From Treponema primitia ZAS-1 (GTDB taxonomy: Bacteria > Spirochaetota > Spirochaetia > Treponematales > Breznakiellaceae), in the NCBI RefSeq assembly GCF_000297095.1, contig NZ_AEEA01000039.1, positions 1 through 28,796 of the forward strand: DNA of 28,796 bases. The letters run 5' to 3'. This document shows, in pieces, positions 1 to 7,638 of the stretch (positions are counted from its first letter, which is position 1; every line of letters starts with the position of its first letter). The position numbers and the translations under genes were made by a program. The notes under the pieces are model-generated. The model saw only the letters and a list, made by a program, of their open reading frames with translations, made no database searches and had not been told where the DNA came from.

Positions 1-1
1 T

Positions 2-52
2 GCGGAAAAGATCGACGTAGACAACACCGGGAAGATCTCCGGGCTGTTCTAG
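2..52 (+). CDS. 3' end of an unidentified upstream CDS (partial, ...AEKIDVDNTGKISGLF*)
   Basis: Frame 2 is open from the window edge to TAG at 50..52. It is too short to identify. Confidence 0.25.
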   Translation, partial: AEKIDVDNTGKISGLF

Positions 53-207
53 GAGAATAGAAGAAGAAAAAACCACGAAGGACACCAAGGGACACTAAGG
101 GGGAAATAGTATAATGCATAATTCCAAATTCCTTCGTGTCCTTTGCGGTTAAAAATTCTTCATATTTATAAAAACAATTAGAAATATATAATGAGGAGAA
201 AAACAGT

Positions 208-1044
208 ATGGAAGCACGATCACCAGCGCAAATTCTGGAATACACCAGCGATGTAGGTTTGGCAAAGGTCCAACGGGGCATTCTCGGCCAATTGATTTTA
301 TCTTTTATGGCGGGGGTGTTTATTGCTTTTGCCTCGGAGGGCTCCAATATGGCGGCCTTTAACCTGTTCGCAAATCCGGATACCTACGGGCTGGGCAAGG
401 TTTTGGCGGGAGCGGTGTTCGGGACGGGGCTCATGCTGGTTGTGGTAGCCGGGGGTGAATTGTTCACCGGCAACACCCTGATCCTGGTCGGCGTGCTTGA
501 TCGCAAAGTCAAGATCCGCCAAATGCTTTCGAACTGGCTTGTAGTTTATATCGGCAACCTTATCGGCAGTGTGTTTATCGCCTATATGATGAACCGGTCC
601 ATGCTGTTCAACAGCAGTAATGGTGTGCTCGGCGGCCAGACCATCAAGATTGCGGCCTACAAAACTGCCCTTTCCTTTGAATCGGCTTTTTTCCTGGGGA
701 TTATGTGTAACTGGCTGGTTTGCCTGGCTGTGTGGGTTTCCTATGCGGCCAAGGATGTGACGGGCAAGCTCTTCGCCTGTTTTTTTATCATCTGTCTGTT
801 TATCACCTCCGGGTTTGAACACTCGGTGGCCAATATGTACTATATTCCGGCGGGTATTATGGCTAAGTCGAACCCGCTTTGGGTAGAGGCGTCCCATGTT
901 GGGGCAGAACAATTGGCCAACCTGAACTGGCTTAACTTTATAATTAAAAACGAGATTCCCGTAACCCTGGGAAATATCGTCGGCGGATCGGGGATGGTCG
1001 GTCTCCTATACTGGATATCCCTCAAGAAAAAGAAGGCGGTCTGA
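208..1044 (+). CDS. focA: Formate/nitrite transporter family protein (FocA-like formate channel)
   Basis: 278-aa hydrophobic ORF with FNT signatures (FEHSVANMY, CNWLVCLAVW). GAGGAG lies 9 nt upstream of the ATG. It sits immediately upstream of fdhF. Confidence 0.85.
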   Translation: MEARSPAQILEYTSDVGLAKVQRGILGQLILSFMAGVFIAFASEGSNMAAFNLFANPDTYGLGKVLAGAVFGTGLMLVVVAGGELFTGNTLILVGVLDRKVKIRQMLSNWLVVYIGNLIGSVFIAYMMNRSMLFNSSNGVLGGQTIKIAAYKTALSFESAFFLGIMCNWLVCLAVWVSYAAKDVTGKLFACFFIICLFITSGFEHSVANMYYIPAGIMAKSNPLWVEASHVGAEQLANLNWLNFIIKNEIPVTLGNIVGGSGMVGLLYWISLKKKKAV

Positions 1045-1064
1045 ACTTTTGAAAAGTTGTGAAC

Positions 1065-1099
1065 CGAATTATATTAATAAATAATTCGATATTTTTTTA
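1065..1099 (+). terminator. Possible intrinsic terminator after focA
   Basis: Inverted repeat CGAATTAT (1065-1072) / ATAATTCG (1081-1088) followed by a T-run at 1092-1099. The stem is AT-rich and therefore weak. Confidence 0.4.
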
Positions 1100-1109
1100 T
1101 TCATTTTTC

Positions 1110-1138
1110 TTGACCGTACCTTTCTTGAATGTTATACT
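1110..1138 (+). promoter_or_regulatory. Sigma70-like promoter for the fdhF(Cys) operon
   Basis: TTGACC (1110-1115), 17-nt spacer, TATACT (1133-1138), about 60 nt upstream of the fdhF ATG. Confidence 0.5.
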
Positions 1139-1197
1139 TTCCGTTACACATGGAAAGAACTTCTATGCGCTATTCCATATACCAGGAGAGGGGTTTT

Positions 1198-3393
1198 ATG
1201 GCAAAAAATTCAGTTAAGGAGATCCAGACAACCTGTTGTTACTGCGGGACAGGCTGCCAACTCCTGTTTACGGTTGATCAGGCTGCCAACAAGATTCTTG
1301 ATGTGCATCCGGTCTGGGGCAGAACCAACGAGGGGACCGCCTGTTTGAAGGGCTGGTACGGATGGGATTATCTGAATGATCCCCAGATCCTGACCAAGCG
1401 CCTGCGGGAACCGATGATTCGCAAAAACGGCAGGAAATCTCCCCTGGAAGTGGTCAGCTGGGATGAGGCTATCAAATTTGTGGCGGATAATTTCAAGCGG
1501 ATCAAAGAAAAGTGGGGGCCCGATTCATTTTTAGGCGCCGCTTCGGCTCGCGGACCGGGAAATGAAGCGGGCTACATTACTCAGAAATTCACCCGGGCGG
1601 TTATGGGGACGAATAATATTGATCACTGCGCCCGTATCTGCCACGCCGCTTCTGTTGCGGGTTCACGGCAGACCATAGGGGAGGGCGCCATGTCCCTGTC
1701 CATTCCGGAGATTGAGGACGCCGAGGTGATCTTCAACATCGGTTATAATGCTGCGGCTTCCCACCCCATCGTAGCCCGGCGCATTGTTAAGGCTAAGGAG
1801 AAGGGCGCCTTCATCATCTGCGCCGATCCCCGGATCACAGAGACCGCCCGTATCTCGGATCTGCATTTGCAGTTAAAGGGCGGATCAAATGTGGCCCTGG
1901 TGAATTCCCTGGCAAATGTTATCATCAGCGAAGATTTAATTGATCATGAATTTGTAAAGGCCCATACCAAGGGCTTTGACGAGTTCTGGGAAGTCGTCAA
2001 GGAATACACCCCCGAATACGCCGCAACAATCACCGGCCTTTCTGCGGAGGATATACGCTTTACCGCCCGGAAGTACGCAAGCTCCAAGCACTCGGTTATC
2101 CTTTGGGGCATGGGTATCACCCAGTTCTCCCAGGGGGTTGAAACGGTTAAATGCTGCTGCAGCCTTGCCATGCTCACCGGAAATTTTGGCCGGCCCAGCT
2201 GCGGTACCGGCCCTGTCCGGGGGCAGAACAATGTGCAGGGTACCTGCGACATGGGGGACCTTCCGGATGTCTATCCGGGTTATCAAAGCGTCACCGACCC
2301 GGAAATACAGGCAAAGTTCGAAAAAGCCTGGGGGGTAAAACTTTCCAATAAAGCAGGCATTCAGCTTACCCGGGTTCCGGAATTTGTTATCCACGAAAAA
2401 GACCCCGCAAAGCGGATCCACGCCTACTATATTACCGGTGAGGATCCGGCCCAGTCGGACCCTGATCTGGAAGAAATCCGGGAGACCCTGGACCAGGTCG
2501 ACTTTGTGGTGGTTCAGGATATTTTCTGGAACAAGACCGCCGAACACGCGGACGCCATCCTGCCGGCCACCGCCTGGGGCGAGCATGACGGTTGTTACAC
2601 CAGTTCCGACCGGGGCTTCCAGCGTATCCGCAAAGTGCTGGAAGGCCAGGGCAATATCTTGCCGGATTGGGAAATTACCTGCCGTATCGCTACGGCCATG
2701 GGCTACCCCATGCACTACAACAATACTGAAGAAATCTGGAACGAGATGATCGATCTCTGTCCCAAGTTTACCGGCGCAACCTATGAAAAAATGGAGCGCC
2801 AGGGCAGCGTTCAATGGCCCTGCTGGGATAAGGGACCCGGGGACAAGGGGACCATGTTCCTCCACAAGGATGGCCGCTTTGCCACCCCGGATGGTATCGG
2901 CATACTAAAGACCTCTCCCTATCATCCGCCCACAGAGGTGGAGAACAAGGAATTCCCCCTTGCCCTGTGTACGGTCCGTGAGGTGGGGCACTATTCGGTG
3001 CGCACCATGACGGGGAATTGCCGTATGCTGCGCAACTTGGAGGATGAGCCCGGCTGGGTCGAAATGTCACCGGAGGATTGCGCCGAGCTGGGTCTCCGTG
3101 AAGGGGAGATCGTAAAGGTCCTTTCCAAGCGGGGCAGTGTCTACACCCGCTGCAAGCCCACCGAGCGGGTAAAGCCGGGGGCGGTGTACATGACCTACCA
3201 GTGGTGGATAGGGGCGTGTAATGAACTGACCATTTCTTCCCTCGATCCTTCCAGTCGTACGCCGGAGTATAAATACTGCGCCGCCCGGGTAGAAAAGATC
3301 AAGGACCAGGCCTGGGCAAAACAAGAGGTTGCCCATATCTATGAGGATATCCGGTCACGGATGCACATTGTAAAAGAGGAGGTTTTAGCATGA
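1198..3393 (+). CDS. fdhF: Formate dehydrogenase H catalytic subunit, cysteine variant (Mo/W-bisPGD enzyme)
   Basis: N-terminal CxxCxxxC 4Fe-4S motif (CCYCGTGCQ). Active-site stretch HCARICHAASVAG has TGC (1639-1641) at the position that is UGA in the paralog at 17921. The start is trimmed to the ATG at 1198 (MAKNSVKEIQTT), which follows AGGAGAGGGG and aligns with the paralog N-terminus. Confidence 0.93.
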   Translation: MAKNSVKEIQTTCCYCGTGCQLLFTVDQAANKILDVHPVWGRTNEGTACLKGWYGWDYLNDPQILTKRLREPMIRKNGRKSPLEVVSWDEAIKFVADNFKRIKEKWGPDSFLGAASARGPGNEAGYITQKFTRAVMGTNNIDHCARICHAASVAGSRQTIGEGAMSLSIPEIEDAEVIFNIGYNAAASHPIVARRIVKAKEKGAFIICADPRITETARISDLHLQLKGGSNVALVNSLANVIISEDLIDHEFVKAHTKGFDEFWEVVKEYTPEYAATITGLSAEDIRFTARKYASSKHSVILWGMGITQFSQGVETVKCCCSLAMLTGNFGRPSCGTGPVRGQNNVQGTCDMGDLPDVYPGYQSVTDPEIQAKFEKAWGVKLSNKAGIQLTRVPEFVIHEKDPAKRIHAYYITGEDPAQSDPDLEEIRETLDQVDFVVVQDIFWNKTAEHADAILPATAWGEHDGCYTSSDRGFQRIRKVLEGQGNILPDWEITCRIATAMGYPMHYNNTEEIWNEMIDLCPKFTGATYEKMERQGSVQWPCWDKGPGDKGTMFLHKDGRFATPDGIGILKTSPYHPPTEVENKEFPLALCTVREVGHYSVRTMTGNCRMLRNLEDEPGWVEMSPEDCAELGLREGEIVKVLSKRGSVYTRCKPTERVKPGAVYMTYQWWIGACNELTISSLDPSSRTPEYKYCAARVEKIKDQAWAKQEVAHIYEDIRSRMHIVKEEVLA

Positions 3394-3908
3394 ACTCTTT
3401 TATAAAAGCAAACCCGATCCGCTGTATAGGATGCAGAACCTGTTTGATAAGCTGCGTGGTTGCCCATGAGGGTAAACGGATATTCGAAATCGATCCCGAC
3501 GGCTATAACTTTAATCCTCGGCTTTTTATGGTTAAGACCGCCCGAGTCAGCGCCCCGGTCCATTGCCGGCACTGCGAAAATCCCGCCTGTAAGGCATCCT
3601 GTACTTCGGGGGCCATCTTCGTGAAGGACAATGTGGTGCTTGTGGACACAAAGAAGTGCATAGGCTGCAAGAATTGTGTCATAGCCTGTCCCTTCGGCGC
3701 GGTGGAAATCGTGGAAACCGCAGAGGTCCAGAACGACGGGTCCCCCAGGAAGATCGCCAATAAGTGCGATCTCTGCGTTGGGGTTGCGGATAGCCCCTCC
3801 TGTGTGAAGGTCTGTCCCACCGAAGCCCTGGCCCTGGTTACCGATGGTGACTTGAGCCAAAGCGTGGCGGATAAACGCAGAAATGCTGCGGCCGCTGCGG
3901 CGGTTTAA
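3390..3908 (+). CDS. hycB: HycB-like 4x[4Fe-4S] ferredoxin (electron-transfer subunit)
   Basis: Four CxxCxxCxxxCP-type cluster motifs (CIGCRTCLISC, CRHCENPACKASC, CIGCKNCVIACP, CDLC...CVKVCP). An ATGA start/stop overlap with fdhF indicates translational coupling. Confidence 0.85.
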   Translation: MNSFIKANPIRCIGCRTCLISCVVAHEGKRIFEIDPDGYNFNPRLFMVKTARVSAPVHCRHCENPACKASCTSGAIFVKDNVVLVDTKKCIGCKNCVIACPFGAVEIVETAEVQNDGSPRKIANKCDLCVGVADSPSCVKVCPTEALALVTDGDLSQSVADKRRNAAAAAAV

Positions 3909-3986
3909 GACCGGATTTGTGGGTCGGGGGTACATGAACATTTACAGCCACGGTGAACGGATTACCGAAGCAGAGGCGGAAACCTT

Positions 3987-4268
3987 ATGAGGGGCGCGGA
4001 AAAAACCGGGCCGATACTGGTACGGTGTGCGGACTGTGTCAGGGTTTCCTGTGTCCTTAATTGCGATAGTAATGCAATCGTCTGTGTCTGTGGAGATTTG
4101 TTGATAGAGCTTGATAAATGTGCTGTATGCGGGCAGTACACGGGCAACAGTATTCCTGACTGTGTTGTTTCCTGCGGATATTCCCGGGAGAAAACGGTTC
4201 TGGAAATCCTGGACGCCGGAATGAAACAGATCAGGGCGGCTGATGCCCTGTCTTTGCTGAAACTGTAA
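3987..4268 (+). CDS. Small Cys-rich hypothetical protein, possibly a degenerate ferredoxin
   Basis: 93-aa ORF with 13 Cys, including CxxCxxxxCxxxC and CxxCGx(9)CxxxC spacings. GAGGCGGA lies upstream of the ATG. It is wedged between the two hycB-like genes on the same strand, and the next gene's RBS follows its stop. Confidence 0.5.
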   Translation: MRGAEKTGPILVRCADCVRVSCVLNCDSNAIVCVCGDLLIELDKCAVCGQYTGNSIPDCVVSCGYSREKTVLEILDAGMKQIRAADALSLLKL

Positions 4269-4282
4269 GAGAGGAGTTTTCT

Positions 4283-4828
4283 ATGAGTGGAGAGGGAGCG
4301 TATTTTGTACTGGCCGACCCGGAAAAGTGTACCGGGTGCAGAGCCTGCGAGGTGGCCTGTTTTGCGGCCCACCGGCAGGGTGTCCTGAAAACGGTTGGGA
4401 CGGTTACCACACCGCTGATTCCCAATTTATACCTAACCCGGACTGGAACTATTACGATGCCCATACAGTGTCACCACTGTGAGAATGCACCCTGCCTCCA
4501 GTCCTGCCTGACCGGCGCCCTGGAACGGAAAAACGGGTCCGTGGTGGTGAACGGTAATAAATGTATCGGCTGCCGGAACTGCGCCTTGGCCTGTCCCTTT
4601 GGGGCCATCCAGATTGCGGGGGCGGAGATCCTGCCGGAACTGGCCGGCGCAGCATCGGTGTTCAAGTGCGACCTCTGCCCGGATCGGGAGGGCGGCCCTG
4701 CCTGTGTGGCCACCTGCCCCAACGAAGCGCTGCGGGTGGTTGACACCGAAGAAGAACTGCGGGAAAAGCGGATCAGGTCAAGTGAAGCGGCGGAAGCCAT
4801 TCAGGTCAGCGGCAAGGGGGTGCAGTAA
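4283..4828 (+). CDS. hycB: HycB-like 4x[4Fe-4S] ferredoxin (second copy)
   Basis: Cluster motifs CTGCRACEVAC, CHHCENAPCLQSC, CIGCRNCALACP and CDLC...CVATCP. GAGGAG lies 6 nt upstream of the ATG. Confidence 0.85.
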   Translation: MSGEGAYFVLADPEKCTGCRACEVACFAAHRQGVLKTVGTVTTPLIPNLYLTRTGTITMPIQCHHCENAPCLQSCLTGALERKNGSVVVNGNKCIGCRNCALACPFGAIQIAGAEILPELAGAASVFKCDLCPDREGGPACVATCPNEALRVVDTEEELREKRIRSSEAAEAIQVSGKGVQ

Positions 4829-4830
4829 TC

Positions 4831-6195
4831 ATGGCGGTAATTCAGATAGATAAGGATATTTGTACGGGGTGTCAGGAATGTACCAAGGTTTGTCCGGTCT
4901 ATGCCATTGAGGGAAACCCCGGTGAAGCCCAGACTGTGGTAGCTGAGCGCTGCGTCATGTGCGGCCAATGTGTGCAGAAATGCAAGTCCTATGTTTCCCT
5001 GATCGATCACGGCCCGGAAATGTACAATAAAAAGCGGGAGGAGCGGATGCTGCCGGAAACGGTGCGGGAGCCCCTTTTTGCAGCCCATAACGTGAGCCAC
5101 CTGGCGGAACTTATCAAGGTCCTGGATGATCCATCCCTATTCACGATTGTGCAGGCCGCTCCGGCGGTGCGTGTGGGCATTGCGGAAGACTTCGGGCTGC
5201 CCCTGGGCTCCCTAGCCTCGGGCAAGATGGCCGCTGGCCTGCGGCGGCTCGGGTTCAAAAAAGTCTACGACACGAATTTTTCTGCGGACCTTACCATTAT
5301 GGAAGAGGGCACAGAGCTGGTAAAGCGGGTTACCGAAAAAGGCGTCCTGCCCATGTTTACCTCCTGCTGCCCCGGCTGGGTCAGATATATGGAGAACACC
5401 CATCCTGAACTTACCAAACACCTTTCCTCCTGCAAGAGTCCTCAGCAGATGGCCGGGGCGGTGTTTAAAACCTACGGGGCAAAGCTCGACGCAGTGGAGG
5501 GCGCCAAGGTTTATAACGTGTCGGTCATGCCCTGTACCTGCAAGACCTTTGAGGCCGCCCGGGAGGAGATGAACTCCTCCGGTTGGCAGGATATCGATGT
5601 GGTGATCACCACCCGGGAACTGGGTTACCTTCTTAAGTACAAGGGCATAGATCTGGCCACCATGCCCGATGAGGAATTTGATATGCCCCTGGGTGAGTAT
5701 ACCGGGGCCGGCGCCATCTTCGGCGTAACCGGCGGGGTTATGGAGGCGGCCATCAGGACCGGCTATACCCTGATCACCGGCAAGGAATTGAAGGATGTGG
5801 ACATCAATGCTGTGCGGGGAAACGAAGGGTTTCGGCGTGCGGAGATCAAAGCCGGGGATCTTACCCTCAAGGTGGGGGTGGTTACTAACCTCAAGAACAT
5901 AGACCCGGTGATAGAACAGCTCCAAGCGGGAACCCTGGACGCCCACTTTGTGGAAGTCATGACCTGCCCCGAAGGTTGCATCTCCGGCGGAGGCCAGCCG
6001 AAACTTCTGTCGGATACTGATACGGCGGAGGCATACCAGAGCCGGCGCAAGGCAACCTATGACCATGACAAGGCCCTGCCGAAGCGGAAATCCCACGAGA
6101 GCGGGGCTATAAAAAAGATCTACGCCGAATTCCTGGAGAAGCCCAACGGACACAAATCCCACGAGCTTCTGCACACGAGCTATAAGAGTGAATGA
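4831..6195 (+). CDS. hydA: [FeFe]-hydrogenase catalytic subunit with N-terminal 2x[4Fe-4S] domain
   Basis: H-cluster motifs TSCCPGW, MPCTCKTFE and EVMTCPEGCISGGGQP, plus N-terminal CTGCQECTKVCP / CVMCGQCVQKC. The gene starts 2 nt after the hycB stop. Confidence 0.92.
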   Translation: MAVIQIDKDICTGCQECTKVCPVYAIEGNPGEAQTVVAERCVMCGQCVQKCKSYVSLIDHGPEMYNKKREERMLPETVREPLFAAHNVSHLAELIKVLDDPSLFTIVQAAPAVRVGIAEDFGLPLGSLASGKMAAGLRRLGFKKVYDTNFSADLTIMEEGTELVKRVTEKGVLPMFTSCCPGWVRYMENTHPELTKHLSSCKSPQQMAGAVFKTYGAKLDAVEGAKVYNVSVMPCTCKTFEAAREEMNSSGWQDIDVVITTRELGYLLKYKGIDLATMPDEEFDMPLGEYTGAGAIFGVTGGVMEAAIRTGYTLITGKELKDVDINAVRGNEGFRRAEIKAGDLTLKVGVVTNLKNIDPVIEQLQAGTLDAHFVEVMTCPEGCISGGGQPKLLSDTDTAEAYQSRRKATYDHDKALPKRKSHESGAIKKIYAEFLEKPNGHKSHELLHTSYKSE

Positions 6196-6799
6196 GGATT
6201 CCCCGCCCCTGACCGGCAGCGCCCTGATTTTGGCCGGGGGCCGGGGAACCAGGATCGGTTATGACAAAAAGAAGCTGGAACTGGCCGGGGAGCGGGTGCT
6301 GTCCAGCCTTGCGGAACGGCTGGGGAAACTGTTCAATGAGGTACTCATCTCCTCCAATAACCCTACGGGGTTGATGGATCTCATTACCCTCCCCGACAGC
6401 ATTGGTGAGGGGCCTATGGCGGGCATCTATCAGGGCTTGCTGCGTTGTACCAGCGAGTACCTCTACGTGGTTGCCTGCGATATGCCCTTTATCAATGTTG
6501 ACTACATCGCCTATATGCGGGAACTCCTTGTCCGGGAAGGGCCGGATGTGTGTATTGCCCGCCACGAAAACGGCGACCTGGAACTTTTTAATTCCTTTTA
6601 CAAAAAAAGCTGCGCTGCACCCATGGGGGAAGCCCTGTCCCGGAGTATATACAAGATACGCCTGGCTTTCGATACTCTGAAAGTAACCATGATCGATGAT
6701 GGAACGATACAAAAATTTGATAATGGGGAAATGTTTTTCAACATCAACTATAAGGAAGACCTGGAGCAGGCGGAACGCAGGACCGGGGGGACACTTTGA
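6188..6799 (+). CDS. mobA: Molybdenum cofactor guanylyltransferase (MobA-like)
   Basis: LILAGGRGTRIGYDKKKL nucleotide-binding motif, GPMAGIYQGL, and VVACDMPFI. A GTG start overlaps the hydA stop by 8 nt. Confidence 0.8.
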   Translation: MNEDSPPLTGSALILAGGRGTRIGYDKKKLELAGERVLSSLAERLGKLFNEVLISSNNPTGLMDLITLPDSIGEGPMAGIYQGLLRCTSEYLYVVACDMPFINVDYIAYMRELLVREGPDVCIARHENGDLELFNSFYKKSCAAPMGEALSRSIYKIRLAFDTLKVTMIDDGTIQKFDNGEMFFNINYKEDLEQAERRTGGTL

Positions 6800-6823
6800 C
6801 CGCCGCAAGGTGCAGCGGATTTT
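6800..6823 (+). terminator. Possible intrinsic terminator after mobA
   Basis: CCGCCGC (6800-6806) / GCAGCGG (6812-6818) stem with one mismatch, 5-nt loop, then ATTTT. It lies in the convergent gap with the activase gene. Confidence 0.35.
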
Positions 6824-6840
6824 CCCGCGCAGTATTCCTA

Positions 6841-7638
6841 TTAGAACCCCCCGATACAAGCGGCCCCGATGGCGCCTGCGTAGATTCCCTGGGGTAAAAA
6901 TTGCACCTCAACCTTGAGTACCTGTGAAAGCGCCTTACGGATACCGGAACTTTCCGCAAGCCCACCGGTTAATACCACCGGGGGGCGGAGGCCGACCCTG
7001 GCAGAAAGGCTGCTTATCTTTACTGCCATGGACAGCGCCACCCCTCCTACAATTTCCTCCCGGCTATAACCCTTTGCCAGGAGTCCGATGATCTCCGATT
7101 CAGCAAATACCGCACAGGTGCTGTTTAGTTGAATGATTTTTTCGGCGGCAAGTAAAGTATCCATGAGGTTTATGTCCGCGTTGAACCGTTCCAGGACCAT
7201 CTGTACAAAGCGGCCTGTACCGGCGGCGCATTTGTCGTTCATCTGAAAGGATAGCACCCTGCCGTTCTCCACTGCAATGACCTTGCAGTCCTGGCCGCCT
7301 ATATCGATAACCGTCCTGACCCCCGGCATCAGGTATTCTGCGCCCCGTGCGTGGGCGCTTATTTCGGTGACGGCCTTAGTCTTTTCCGTCGCCATGTCCC
7401 GGCCGTACCCGGTGGCAATAATCGGCATATTGCCAACCATATCATTATCAGCTGTGTTAGGGGCAATGTCGGCGGCGTTACCCCTGAGGTTCGCCAAAAC
7501 ACGGGCGGCGCTTTCCTGCAAATTCCACCCGGTGGGCTGCAGAGAAAAAGCTGCAACCCCATGCCGGTTCAGTAACACTCCCTTGCAGAGTGTGGAGCCG
7601 CAGTCTATGCCGATGACGTATTCAGCTTCCCCATCCAT
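6841..7638 (-). CDS. BcrA/BadF/HgdC-type ATPase (CoA-substrate-specific enzyme activase)
   Basis: ASKHA N-terminus IGIDCGSTLCKGV. Cluster-bridging cysteines sit in DKCAAGTGRF and STCAVFAESE. Its start abuts the stop of the upstream dehydratase-family gene with no gap. Confidence 0.85.
   Translation of the reverse strand: MDGEAEYVIGIDCGSTLCKGVLLNRHGVAAFSLQPTGWNLQESAARVLANLRGNAADIAPNTADNDMVGNMPIIATGYGRDMATEKTKAVTEISAHARGAEYLMPGVRTVIDIGGQDCKVIAVENGRVLSFQMNDKCAAGTGRFVQMVLERFNADINLMDTLLAAEKIIQLNSTCAVFAESEIIGLLAKGYSREEIVGGVALSMAVKISSLSARVGLRPPVVLTGGLAESSGIRKALSQVLKVEVQFLPQGIYAGAIGAACIGGF

Noticed and set aside
1131-1142. Shared TATACTTT octamer between the fdhF(Cys) -10 region (1133-1140) and the left arm of the 62-bp palindrome (22661-22668) as evidence of common regulation.
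   Set aside because: An 8-mer match in AT-rich promoter-like sequence is expected by chance in 29 kb, and the surrounding bases do not match.
1936-2865. Long antisense ORFs opposite well-supported genes: 298-912, 1936-2865, 5212-6174, 6107-6859, 18167-19387, 19846-20667, 10454-11068, 12584-13153, 14711-15391 and 24155-24571.
   Set aside because: All lie fully inside genes with strong motif support on the other strand. Their translations are R/G/P/H-rich and low in complexity, and none has an RBS or recognisable domains. This is typical of shadow ORFs.
3909-3986. Possible UGA-recoded extension joining hycB (stop at 3906-3908) to the Cys-rich ORF, since both share a frame and a TGA lies at 3954-3956.
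   Set aside because: hycB ends in TAA, not TGA. There is no in-frame start between 3909 and 3953, and no hairpin follows the TGA. The shared frame is coincidental.
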